From the NCBI GenBank assembly GCA_963706915.1, contig CAVPOH010000009.1:126765-190764 (forward strand): DNA of 64,000 nucleotides. Reading direction: 5' to 3'. Below are positions 40,501 to 49,158 of the stretch, piece by piece. The DNA is from an uncultured Actinomycetes bacterium. Lineage in GTDB: Bacteria; Actinomycetota; Thermoleophilia; Gaiellales; Gaiellaceae. Each line of letters starts with the position of its first letter. The stretch's first letter is position 1. The notes under the pieces are model-generated. The model was not told where the DNA came from. It did not search any database and saw nothing but the letters and a program-made list of their open reading frames with translations. Both the position numbers and the translations under genes were made by a program.

Positions 40501-40600
40501 CCCCAACCTCCCCCAGGGGCACCCCCGGTGCCCTGATGTCACGTTATCGCGAGTTCTCCGACGGCTCCGTGCCGACTTCGTATCGAGACACGCGCAGACG
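40501..40600 (-). repeat. Dispersed promoter/sRNA-like element, copy A
   Basis: 40501-40550 matches 45849-45898 at 44 of 50 nt; 11-bp-phased repeats, TAACGT and a hairpin. Confidence 0.8.
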
Positions 40601-40611
40601 CGAGGGCGGCG

Positions 40612-41428
40612 CTAGGTCTGCGAGAGGGCGGCGGCGAGGGCCTCGCACTGCTCGCGGCCGTGCGCCGCGACGATGCGCGAGCGCTGCCCGAGGTCGAGCG
40701 GGGCACTGCCGAAGGGCGGCTCCTCGAACAGCTCGATCGCGAGGCCACGCTCCCGGACGAGGAGCTGCGCCGCGGCGATGTCGATCGACCGCGCCGGCTT
40801 GAGGCAGCAGACCGCATCCACGCGCCCCGCTGCGAGATGGCAGAGCGACAGCGCGAGCGAGCCCATGACCCGCACGCGGTGCGCGACACCGTCGAGCCCG
40901 GGAACGGCGCGGGCGATGGCCTCGGTCGTCGTGCCCTCGAGGGAGAGGATCTCGATCGTCTCCTTCGGCCCCGGCCCGTCGATCGGTACACCGTCGAGGA
41001 ACGCGCCCCGACCATGCTCGGCGACCCATTCCTCGCCTGCGCCGAAGTCGTGGACGAAGCCGAAGAAGACGTCGTCCATCGTCTCGCCCTCCGCAACCGC
41101 GAGCGAGAGGGAGAAGAACGGGATGCCGCGCTTGGCGTTCACGGAGCCGTCGATCGGGTCGACCACCACACGCAGCCCGCCGCCCGCGCCGAACGCACGG
41201 ATGCCGAGCTCCTCCGAGACGAGCGTCAGGTCAAGGCCGAGCCCTTCGAGCCGCTCGACGACGGCGAGCTCGGCCGCCGCGTCGATGGCGGTCGTGTCGT
41301 CGCCGCCTTCGCCGGCCCGGAGGACAGGCTCGCGCTCCGCACGCGTCGGCAGGTCCTGGAGGACGCCCTCGAGGTCGCGCGACGCAGGCGCGGGAGAACT
41401 CGAGCCAGTCATGGTCGCGCGCGCTCAT
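40612..41428 (-). CDS. Inositol monophosphatase family protein (frameshift near 41380)
   Basis: SEE, VDPIDGSVN, RVMGS, DIAAA; the N-terminus MSARDHDWLEF lies in a different frame. Confidence 0.85.
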
Positions 41429-42493
41429 GGGTCGACCGGATGCACGAGGAGCCCCGAGAGCAGCTTCGGATAGAAGTACGTCGCCTTCGGCGGCATCGTC
41501 AGCCCGCGACGTGCCCGGTCGAACACGTCCGCGACGACCGGAGGCCGAAGGAGGAAGGCGCAATCCGCGCTCGCCGCTCTCCACGAGTCGGACGGCCACG
41601 TCGCGGTCCGGGGTGTACGAGATCCCGTCGTGGCCGAATCGATCGACGAGCTCGACGTCGAGCTCGCCCGACCCACCGCGCACGAGCCTCGTCTCGCCGA
41701 TGCGCACGAAGACTGCGGCGGGCGCTCCGGCGGGCTCCCGGCCGAGTGCCTCGAGCGCGTCCTGGAGCGAGCCGACCGGCTCGCCGGCCGGGTCGATGTC
41801 GGGCCTCCCCGTGAAGACGCGGTGGGTCGGAAAGACCTCCAGCCCGGGGTCGGCGGTCGAGACGAGGACGACGAGCATCCGATCGGCGCCGTCCTCGGCC
41901 GCGAACGCGAGCGCGGCCTCGTACCGATGGTGTCCGTCCGCAATGAGCAGCTGCCGGTCCCGAAAGAACTCGAGGACGCCGCGATCGCCCTCGAGTCGCC
42001 AGAGCCGCGTTCCCTCGACATCGATGTCGGGCTCCTCGTCCGGCCGCGAAACCGGTGCTTGCCCGTCGTAGAGCAGGAAGATCGGCTCGAGCTGGGTGCG
42101 CGTGGCGCGGAGCAGGCGAAGCCGCCCCTCGAGCGCCGCCGCGTGGGTGCGCTCGTGCGGCAGGACGACATGGTTCGTGTACGGCTCGACCCGGAGGGAC
42201 GCGACGATCCCGTCTCGTCGCCGCGCGACGCCGTCCGGGCCGACGGAGTCCTGTTCCAGGAACCAGACCGCCGGCGTCTCGTCGCGGACGAGCACGCCGT
42301 CCTCGAGCCAGCGCCGCAGTCGTTCGGCCGCGGCCTGCGCGTCCGGCTCGGAGGTGAGATGCACGACGTTGTGGGGGTCGCGAGCGCGGAGCCGCGCGCA
42401 GTCGTCCGCGTCGATCACGTCGTACGGTGGCGCCGTCACCTCCGCGCTCGGCCGGGCGTAGCGGACGGCGCGGAACGGACGGACGTCGGCCAC
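41425..42493 (-). CDS. DUF1015 family protein (frameshift near 41570)
   Basis: VRPFRAVRY, APPYDVI, PHERT, IADGHHRYE; C-terminal MPPKATYFYPKLLSGL lies in another frame. Confidence 0.88.
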
Positions 42494-42525
42494 CGATCGA
42501 GCCTACAGCGACCTAGACTCACCCC

Positions 42526-43359
42526 GTGGGGACGATCGCCGACCTGGTGGAGGATCGCACGGTCGACGGCGTCTTCGCGGTCGCGCGCAAACGGCGACTG
42601 GCGACGCGGAGCGGGAAGCCGTACATCGCGCTCGAGCTCGTCGATGCGAGCGGACGGATCGAGGGCCGCATCTGGGACGACGTCGAGCTGCTCGATCGCC
42701 GGTTCGAGGAGGGCGACGCCGTCCGCGTGCTCGGCCGCGTCGAGCGGTTCGACGGCCGGCTCCAGCTCCAGGTTCGGGCCGTCGAGCCCTCGGAGGCTGA
42801 TCCTGCCGGGCTCGCGCCCGCGATGCGCCGTGACGCCGACGAGCTCCAGGGCTTCCTCGAGTTCCTCGCCGCGGAGCTGACGCATCCGGCTCTCGCCTCG
42901 CTCGTCACCGGCCTCCTCTCCGAGCCCGAGGTCCGCGACGGCATGCGGCTCCTGCCGGCTGCCGGTGCCGATGGCCACCACGGCTACGCGGGAGGGCTGC
43001 TCGAGCACACCGTCGGCGTCGCGACGCTCTGCCGAGAGACGGCACAGCTCCATCCCCGTCTACGCGGCGACCTGCTCCTTGCCGCCGCCCTGCTACACGA
43101 CGTCGGCCGGGTGCGCGAGCTCGGCCGCGGTCCAGCCTTCCGGCCGACGCCGGAAGGCGCGCTGCTCGGCCACGTTCAGCTCGGCGTGCGTCTCGTCGAC
43201 GAGCGGGCGAGCGGTCTCGAGCCGACGCTCCGTGCCGAGCTCCTGCACGCGATCGCCGCGCACCACGACCGGCCGGCCGCGCGCATCGCCGAGGCGATCG
43301 TCCTGTACCACGCGAACCAGCTCGACGCCACCGCCGCGACGCGGCCGGTCGGCGACTGA
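42526..43359 (+). CDS. YhaM/Cbf-like OB-fold + HD 3'-5' exonuclease
   Basis: GKPYIALELVDASG OB fold; HHGYAGGLLEHT, LLHDVG, GH, HH. Confidence 0.85.
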   Translation: MGTIADLVEDRTVDGVFAVARKRRLATRSGKPYIALELVDASGRIEGRIWDDVELLDRRFEEGDAVRVLGRVERFDGRLQLQVRAVEPSEADPAGLAPAMRRDADELQGFLEFLAAELTHPALASLVTGLLSEPEVRDGMRLLPAAGADGHHGYAGGLLEHTVGVATLCRETAQLHPRLRGDLLLAAALLHDVGRVRELGRGPAFRPTPEGALLGHVQLGVRLVDERASGLEPTLRAELLHAIAAHHDRPAARIAEAIVLYHANQLDATAATRPVGD

Positions 43360-43363
43360 CGCA

Positions 43364-44206
43364 TTGGGCTTCGTCGCACTCGCGCTGCTGGGCGCGGCGT
43401 CGTGGGGCATCGGCGACTTCCTCGGCGGACTCGCCTCACGAAGGGCGCACGTCCTCACCGTGCTCGTGATCTCGCAGGCCGCCGGGCTCATCGGTGCCGC
43501 GACGTGGGCGCTGACGAGCGGCGACGCCCGGCCGGGGCTTGCAGACCTCTGGCCGGCCGCCGGCGCCGGTGCAGCCGCCGCGCTCGGGCTTGCGGCGCTC
43601 TACCGCGGGATGGCGATCGGCGCGATGGGCATCGTCGCCCCGATCTCGGCGACGAGCCCGATCGTCCCGCTCGCGGTCGACGTGGCCCGCGGGCAGACGC
43701 CGAGCGCCGTGCAATGGATCGGCATCGTCGTCGTGCTCGGCGGCGTCGTCCTCCTGGCACGGGAGCCGGGGGGCGGCGGCGGGACGGGACCGGGCCTCGC
43801 GACCGGCGTCGTCCTCGCGCTCGCCGCTGCGCTCGGCTTCGGCCTCTTCATCGTCGGGCTCGACGCCTCGTCGGACGACAGCGTCGCCTGGACGATCCTC
43901 GTCGCGCGCGGCGCGGGATCGACCGTCGCCCTCGTCGCGGCGCTCGTCGCCTCCGCACCGCTCCGCCCGCCCGCACGGCTGCTCCCCATGATCCTCGCGG
44001 TCGGCGCGTTCGACACCGTCGCAAACGTCCTCGTAGCCTTCGCGACCACGAAGGGACCCGCCGGGATCGTCGCCGTCCTGAGCGCCCTCTATCCCGTGAC
44101 GACGATCGTCCTCGCCCGCGTCCTCCTCGCCGAGCGCCTCGATCGCAGCCGACGGATCGGCGGCGCGCTCGCGCTCGGGGGCGTGGCCGCCGTCGCGGTC
44201 GGCTGA
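43364..44206 (+). CDS. EamA/DMT transporter
   Basis: WGIGDFLGGLASR, LYPVTTIVLARVLLAERL; about 10 TM. Confidence 0.88.
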   Translation: MGFVALALLGAASWGIGDFLGGLASRRAHVLTVLVISQAAGLIGAATWALTSGDARPGLADLWPAAGAGAAAALGLAALYRGMAIGAMGIVAPISATSPIVPLAVDVARGQTPSAVQWIGIVVVLGGVVLLAREPGGGGGTGPGLATGVVLALAAALGFGLFIVGLDASSDDSVAWTILVARGAGSTVALVAALVASAPLRPPARLLPMILAVGAFDTVANVLVAFATTKGPAGIVAVLSALYPVTTIVLARVLLAERLDRSRRIGGALALGGVAAVAVG

Positions 44207-44234
44207 GCCACAGAAACGAGGGCCGGTTGTCCGC

Positions 44235-44720
44235 TCAGACTGCGGCGCCCTCGGCTGCCCGCTCGAGCTCGGCGAGGTCGAGCTTCCGCATCTGGAGAAG
44301 GGCTTTCATGACGCGATCGACCTTCTCCTGGTCGGGGTCGAGAATCATCTCCTCGAGCTGGATGGGCGTCACCTGCCAGCTGAAGCCGTACCGGTCCTTG
44401 AGCCAGCCGCAGACGCTCTCCTCGCCGCCGTCGGCGGTGAGTGCGCTCCAGTAGTGGTCGATCTCGTCCTGCGTCTCGCAGCGGATCTCGAGCGACAGCG
44501 CCTCCGTCGGAGTGAACTCCGGGCCGCCGTTGATGGCGACGTACCGCTGCCCGTCGAGCTCGAACTCCACGGTCATGACGAGACCGGCCTCGCGCGGCCC
44601 CGCCTCGCCGTACCGGGTCACCGCGACGACGCGCGAGTTCGGGAACGTGGAGGTGTAGAAGGCTGCGGCCTCCTCGGCCTCCGTGTCGAACCAGAGATTC
44701 GGGGCGATCCTGGGCATCAC
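44235..44720 (-). CDS. VOC family protein (PhnB / 3-demethylubiquinone-9 methyltransferase-like)
   Basis: PNLWFDTEAEEAA, NGGP, CGWLKDRYGFSWQV. Confidence 0.9.
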   Translation of the reverse strand: MMPRIAPNLWFDTEAEEAAAFYTSTFPNSRVVAVTRYGEAGPREAGLVMTVEFELDGQRYVAINGGPEFTPTEALSLEIRCETQDEIDHYWSALTADGGEESVCGWLKDRYGFSWQVTPIQLEEMILDPDQEKVDRVMKALLQMRKLDLAELERAAEGAAV

Positions 44721-44811
44721 TGCTCCTTCCGCGTCGGACGTCGTGACGTCACTCCGTGATCTGCCTACCCGCGGATAGGACGGCCTACGCGGCCGCCATT
44801 CATCGCGCGGC

Positions 44812-45750
44812 TCAGACGTTGAAGCGGACGTTCAGGACGTCGCCGTCCTGGACGACGTACGTCTTGCCCTCGAGCCGCTGGGTGCCGCGCCGGGCCGCCT
44901 CGGCGTGGGATCCGGCAGCGACGAGGTCGTCGGCGGCGATCACCTCGCACCGGATGAACCCGCGCGCGATGTCCGTGTGGATCGTTCCCGCCGCGTCGAG
45001 CGCCGTCTGGCCGGCGCGAAGGGTCCAGGCACGGGTCTCCTTCTCTCCCGCCGTGAAGAACGTGATCAGGCCGAGGGACTCCGAGAGCCGCCGCACGACC
45101 TCGTCGAGTGCGGACGGCCCGTCGCGGAACTCGGCCGCCTCGTCCTCGGGGAGCTCCGCGAGCTCCGCCTCCAGCCTGCCGTCGATGCCTTTCGGGCCGT
45201 TCTCCACCGCGAGGAGCGGCTTGGAGGTCAGCGGCTCGAGCACGGGCGGCAGCTCGCCGCTCCAGTCCGCCAGCGTGAGCCCTTGATCGAGGTGGTCAAG
45301 GAGGGAGGCGAGCACCTCGAGCTCCGCGCGCTTGGTCGGATCGCCGGACTTCGCCTCCTTCGCGACGCGCTCGTGGCGGCGCTCGACGTGGTCGCGGTCG
45401 GCGACGAGCAACTCGAGCTTCAGCGTCTCGAGATCGTCTGCCGGCGTCGCGTCGGGCGAGAAGCCGTCCAGCACCGCGAGGATGGCGTCGACCTGGCGGA
45501 GGTTGCCGAGGAGCTGCGGGCCTGTACCCGGCACGTCGACGACGCGGACCGCGGCCGGCGTGACCTTCTTCGCGCCGACAACTGCGGCGAGTCGGTCGAG
45601 CCGGTCGTCGGCGATCGTGGCCATCCCGACGTTCGGCTTGTCGGTCACGGAGGCGTACGCGGTGATCTCGGCGCCGGCGCGCGTGAGGGCGTTGAACAGG
45701 GTGGTCTTGCCGCTGTTCGGCAGGCCAACGATCCCGACCTCGAGCGCCAT
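44812..45750 (-). CDS. ychF: Obg-family ATPase YchF, shortened form
   Basis: GIVGLPNSGKTTLFNALT, TFFTAG, AGTIHTDIARGFIRCE, RLEGKTYVVQDGD. Confidence 0.9.
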   Translation of the reverse strand: MALEVGIVGLPNSGKTTLFNALTRAGAEITAYASVTDKPNVGMATIADDRLDRLAAVVGAKKVTPAAVRVVDVPGTGPQLLGNLRQVDAILAVLDGFSPDATPADDLETLKLELLVADRDHVERRHERVAKEAKSGDPTKRAELEVLASLLDHLDQGLTLADWSGELPPVLEPLTSKPLLAVENGPKGIDGRLEAELAELPEDEAAEFRDGPSALDEVVRRLSESLGLITFFTAGEKETRAWTLRAGQTALDAAGTIHTDIARGFIRCEVIAADDLVAAGSHAEAARRGTQRLEGKTYVVQDGDVLNVRFNV

Positions 45751-45848
45751 CGCGTCAGGGTAGTGCAGGGCGCCCGACGGCTGGTCGGGGTGCGCGTGCT
45801 CCGGGTGACGGCGGGTTCGCGCGGTCGGCGAGGCGGTTGCGCGCACCA

Positions 45849-45932
45849 CCCCAACCTCCCCCAGGGGCACTCCCGTGTCCCTGAAGTCACGGTATCGCTC
45901 ATCTCGTGACGTCGGGGTGCCGGCTTCGTGCC
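45849..45932 (-). repeat. Dispersed promoter/sRNA-like element, copy B
   Basis: Near-identical to copy A; GGCACGAAGCC-GGCACCCCGAC-GTCACGAGATG, then 5 nt, then TACCGT. Confidence 0.8.
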
Positions 45933-46759
45933 TGTTCAGCGCGGTCGGTGCGGTTCGCCGGACGCGACGCCTCGTCCTGGCTCCGGACCTCCGTCACGAC
46001 ATATGCGGCATGTTTCCGCACCTGCCGCGTCAGGTCGTCCCAGCGCTCCTCCGTCTCGCCGAGGTAGATCGACCGCGCGCGCTCGAGCACAGGCCGATGC
46101 TCGACGGGGACTCGCGCAAGTGCCCACGTCGCGGCCTCGTCCTTCGAGCGAATCTCCCCGGTCGTGACGGTGCACCAGATCCGTGCCAGGGTCAGCAGGA
46201 CGTTACGCGTATCGCCCTCGATGTCCCTCACGAGCTCGTCGATGCCGCCGACCATTGCGGCGGCGAGGTCGTCGTGCGGGACAGGGTCGAGCAGCTCGGC
46301 CGGGGCCGGACCGACGAGTGGGCTGTCCCCGAACAGCACCATCGCAAGCAGAACGGCCACGTCAGCGTGCGCATTCTCCGACCAGGGCTCGAGGTTCCCG
46401 CGCTCGAAGTCGTCGCGGAGCCACTCGCCGTACTGGAAGTCGAGCCTCGTCGGGGTGCGCCAGGGCCGTACCTCGGACGCGACCACGATCGTCAGCTCGA
46501 CCGGTCGCGCGGGGAGGGGCGCCCTGCGTCCCGAGACGGCGCGCAGCCGGTCGACCAGGCGACGCCTCTCGTCGGGCGTCGTCCGCCTGGCGGACACAGC
46601 GAGGACATCGAGGTCGCTGTACGGGCGGAGGCCGCCGAGCACCGCGGAGCCGTGCAGGTACACGCCGAGCAGGTCGTCTCCGAGGATCTCCGCGACCGCG
46701 GCGGCGACGCGTGCCGCCTGCTCCTGCTCGGCCGCGGGAAGCCCGCCCGCCACCCCCAC
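45899..46759 (-). CDS. Aminoglycoside adenylyltransferase-like protein (AadA/ANT(9) family, DUF4111 C-domain)
   Basis: VYLHGSAVLGGLRPYSDLDVL, PVELTIV, DFQYGEWLR, GDTRNVLLTLARIW, SKDEAA. Confidence 0.88.
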   Translation of the reverse strand: MGVAGGLPAAEQEQAARVAAAVAEILGDDLLGVYLHGSAVLGGLRPYSDLDVLAVSARRTTPDERRRLVDRLRAVSGRRAPLPARPVELTIVVASEVRPWRTPTRLDFQYGEWLRDDFERGNLEPWSENAHADVAVLLAMVLFGDSPLVGPAPAELLDPVPHDDLAAAMVGGIDELVRDIEGDTRNVLLTLARIWCTVTTGEIRSKDEAATWALARVPVEHRPVLERARSIYLGETEERWDDLTRQVRKHAAYVVTEVRSQDEASRPANRTDRAEQARSRHPDVTR

Positions 46760-46768
46760 GCCGGTGGC

Positions 46769-46996
46769 CTAGTAGGCGGCGAACCCGGGCTGGGAGCCCT
46801 TCGTGAACCGCTTGAGGTAGACCACGCGCGACACGACGATCGTGATCCGGCCGTCGTCGGTCTCGATCTCGACCGTGCCGCCGGCGCCGGAGTTGACCGC
46901 CCGCTCGACCGCGTCCGCGGTCTGGGGTGTCACCATCGCGGCGATGGTCTGCCCGCCCTTGAAAGCGAGCTCGATGCGAACCGAATCGTCAGGCAG
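46769..46996 (-). CDS. Small DUF3107-like protein (CTG start, not in the ORF track)
   Basis: My translation: (M)[74 protein letters not shown]; GAGGTG RBS 7 nt upstream; GC3-rich codons. Confidence 0.7.
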   Translation of the reverse strand: MPDDSVRIELAFKGGQTIAAMVTPQTADAVERAVNSGAGGTVEIETDDGRITIVVSRVVYLKRFTKGSQPGFAAY

Positions 46997-47393
46997 GGGA
47001 CACCACCTCGGTCAGGACGCCGTGGACGGCGTCGGGATGGACAAAAGCGACCTCGAGCCCGAAGAGCCCGCGGCGGGGAGTCTCGTCGATCAGCTCCGCG
47101 CCTGCGGCAGCGAGATCGGCGAGCGCACCAGCGACGTCGTCGACCGCGTAGGCGATGTGGTGCATGCCGGGGCCGCGCTTCGCGAGGAACCGCCCGACAG
47201 GTGTGTCGTCGCCCGTGGGCGCGAGCAGCTCCACCCGATCGGAGCCGACCATGACGGCGGCCGCGACGACGCCCTGGGCGGCGAGCTCCTCGCGATGCTC
47301 GAGCGCCCCGCCGAAGAAGTCGAGGTACGTCGTGAGCGCGCGGTCGAGATCGTCGACCGCGACGCCCACGTGATGGATGGCGAGCGCCTTCAC
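46989..47393 (-). CDS. mce: Methylmalonyl-CoA epimerase
   Basis: [39 protein letters not shown]. Confidence 0.9.
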   Translation of the reverse strand: MKALAIHHVGVAVDDLDRALTTYLDFFGGALEHREELAAQGVVAAAVMVGSDRVELLAPTGDDTPVGRFLAKRGPGMHHIAYAVDDVAGALADLAAAGAELIDETPRRGLFGLEVAFVHPDAVHGVLTEVVSPA

Positions 47394-48004
47394 GCCGCCG
47401 ATGCTACTTCCCCGCCGACACCGGGCCGCGGCTCGAGCACCTCGTCGATCAGCCCGTACTCCACCGCTTCCTCCGGTGTCATGAACCGGTCGCGGTCGAT
47501 GTCCTCCATCACCTGGTCGACGGGTCGTCCCGAGTGGTGAGAGAGGATCTCCGCCATCTGGCGGGTCGTCGACTCGATCTCGCGCGCGGCGATCGCGACG
47601 TCGGACGGCGCCCCGCGGAAGCCCGCGGAGCCCTGGTGGATCATGAGCTTCGCGTGCGGCAGCGCGAGCCGCTTCCCGGGCGCTCCGCCCGCGACGATCA
47701 TCGCCGCCGCCGACATGCCGATCCCGTAGCAGATCGTCTTCACGGCGGGCCGGATGTGTTGCATCGCGTCGTAGATCGCCATGCCCGCGTACGCGTCGCC
47801 TCCGGGCGAGTTGACGTACAGGTTGACGTCTGCGTCCGGATCCTCCGCCGCCAGGAACAGGAGCTGCGCGACGATGAGGTTCGCGATCTCCTCGTCGACC
47901 GGCCGCCCGAGGAACACGATCCTGTCGCGCAGCAGCCGTGAGTAGATGTCGAACGCTCGCTCGGCGCGACCGTCTGCCTCGACGACGGTGGGGATCAGCG
48001 GCAC
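47390..48004 (-). CDS. clpP: ATP-dependent Clp protease proteolytic subunit
   Basis: [26 protein letters not shown] (Ser), MIHQ (His), DRDRFM (Asp). Confidence 0.93.
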   Translation of the reverse strand: MPLIPTVVEADGRAERAFDIYSRLLRDRIVFLGRPVDEEIANLIVAQLLFLAAEDPDADVNLYVNSPGGDAYAGMAIYDAMQHIRPAVKTICYGIGMSAAAMIVAGGAPGKRLALPHAKLMIHQGSAGFRGAPSDVAIAAREIESTTRQMAEILSHHSGRPVDQVMEDIDRDRFMTPEEAVEYGLIDEVLEPRPGVGGEVASAA

Positions 48005-48028
48005 GGCGGCCTCCCTTCGGGGTATCGT

Positions 48029-48070
48029 GCAACCATCTGGTTGCCCTACTATACGCAACTTGGAGGTTGC
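48029..48070. promoter_or_regulatory. Tandem palindromic operators around a -10 element
   Basis: GCAAC-CATCTG-GTTGC (48029-48044) and GCAAC-TTGGAG-GTTGC (48055-48070) flank TACTAT; the second box covers the RBS. Confidence 0.75.
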
Positions 48071-48072
48071 GC

Positions 48073-48417
48073 ATGGAGATCACCCGGGACATCCTGCTTC
48101 CGACCACCCGCGAGGACGTGTGGGCTGCGCTGACCGACCCGGACAGGCTCGAGGAGTGGTTCGCCAACGAGGTCTCGCTCGACCTCCGCGAGGGCGGGGC
48201 CGCCGAGTTCCGCTGGGGTGACGGCGACGTGCGCCGGGCGGCGGTCGAGACCGTACGCGAGGAGGAGCTGCTCGTCCTGCGGTGGGAGGACGACGGTGTC
48301 GTCGAGCTGTCGCTCACGGACGCGGTGGGCGGGACGGCGGTGCACGTCCGCGAGACCTCGCCGGAGTGGAGCACCGCGCTGGAGTTCACGGCGCTCGCGT
48401 CGTGGACGCGCGCGTAG
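48073..48417 (+). CDS. SRPBCC/AHSA1 domain protein
   Basis: [21 protein letters not shown]. Confidence 0.85.
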   Translation: MEITRDILLPTTREDVWAALTDPDRLEEWFANEVSLDLREGGAAEFRWGDGDVRRAAVETVREEELLVLRWEDDGVVELSLTDAVGGTAVHVRETSPEWSTALEFTALASWTRA

Positions 48418-48734
48418 ACCGCGTCTTCGCCGCGCTGGCCGATCCGAGCCGGCGCTCGATGCTGGAGCGCCTCGCCGAGCGGGGGAGCGCCAGCCAGTCC
48501 GAGCTCGCCGGGGAGCTCCCCGTGACGCGTCAGGCCGTCGCGAAGCACCTGACGACGCTCAGGGACGCCGGTCTCGTGCGCGCCGAGCGGCGCGGCCGCG
48601 AGATGCGCTACGAGCTCGACGCCGCTCCGCTCGACGCGGCAGCGGAGTGGCTCGAGCGGGTCGGCGCCGAGTGGGACGAGAGGCTCGCGGCACTCGCTCG
48701 ACACGTCGCGCCGCGGAATTCGACGGGAGTCTGA
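48402..48734 (+). CDS. ArsR/SmtB family regulator
   Basis: VFAALADPSRR, VTRQAVAKHL..L..AGLV..GRE. Confidence 0.9.
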   Translation: MDARVDRVFAALADPSRRSMLERLAERGSASQSELAGELPVTRQAVAKHLTTLRDAGLVRAERRGREMRYELDAAPLDAAAEWLERVGAEWDERLAALARHVAPRNSTGV

Positions 48735-48780
48735 GCTGTTCGAGGCACCGCCACCGCCGACGGGGTCAGCGCCACGGAGC

Positions 48781-49158
48781 GTGCGTCTCGTCTCCGTCCT
48801 GCTCGTGGTCATCGGACTGGGCGCCGCGCTCGTCGGGCTGGCGGGCACCGCAGTCAGCGGGTGCTGTGGCGCCAGTGAACCAGGCGACTCGACGCCTGCC
48901 CTCGTCGGGATCGGGGTGGCGGCAGCCATGATCCTCTCGGGCGTGCTGCTGTGGAACGGAGGAATGTCGCGCTGGCTCGTGCTGGCGCCGGCTGCTGCCG
49001 TGCCCGTTGCATGCCTCGCCGCAGCGCCGGGGTCGTCCGATCTCGCGGGGCTGGCGCCGTTCGCGGTCGTCGGATGGGCGGCTCTGGCGATCTTCGTGAG
49101 CCGTGGACGCGCCGCACGCTGGCTCACCGCCGATCGACGCCTCGGGGACCGAGCCTAG
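48781..49158 (+). CDS. Hypothetical membrane protein
   Basis: About four hydrophobic segments; fills the gap between known genes. Confidence 0.55.
   Translation: MRLVSVLLVVIGLGAALVGLAGTAVSGCCGASEPGDSTPALVGIGVAAAMILSGVLLWNGGMSRWLVLAPAAAVPVACLAAAPGSSDLAGLAPFAVVGWAALAIFVSRGRAARWLTADRRLGDRA

Noticed and set aside
40501-45932. Repeat copies A and B as ends of a mobile element or as CRISPR repeats
   Set aside because: No transposase, integrase or cas gene; the enclosed genes are housekeeping-like; there is no regular repeat-spacer array; a third copy lies elsewhere on the opposite strand
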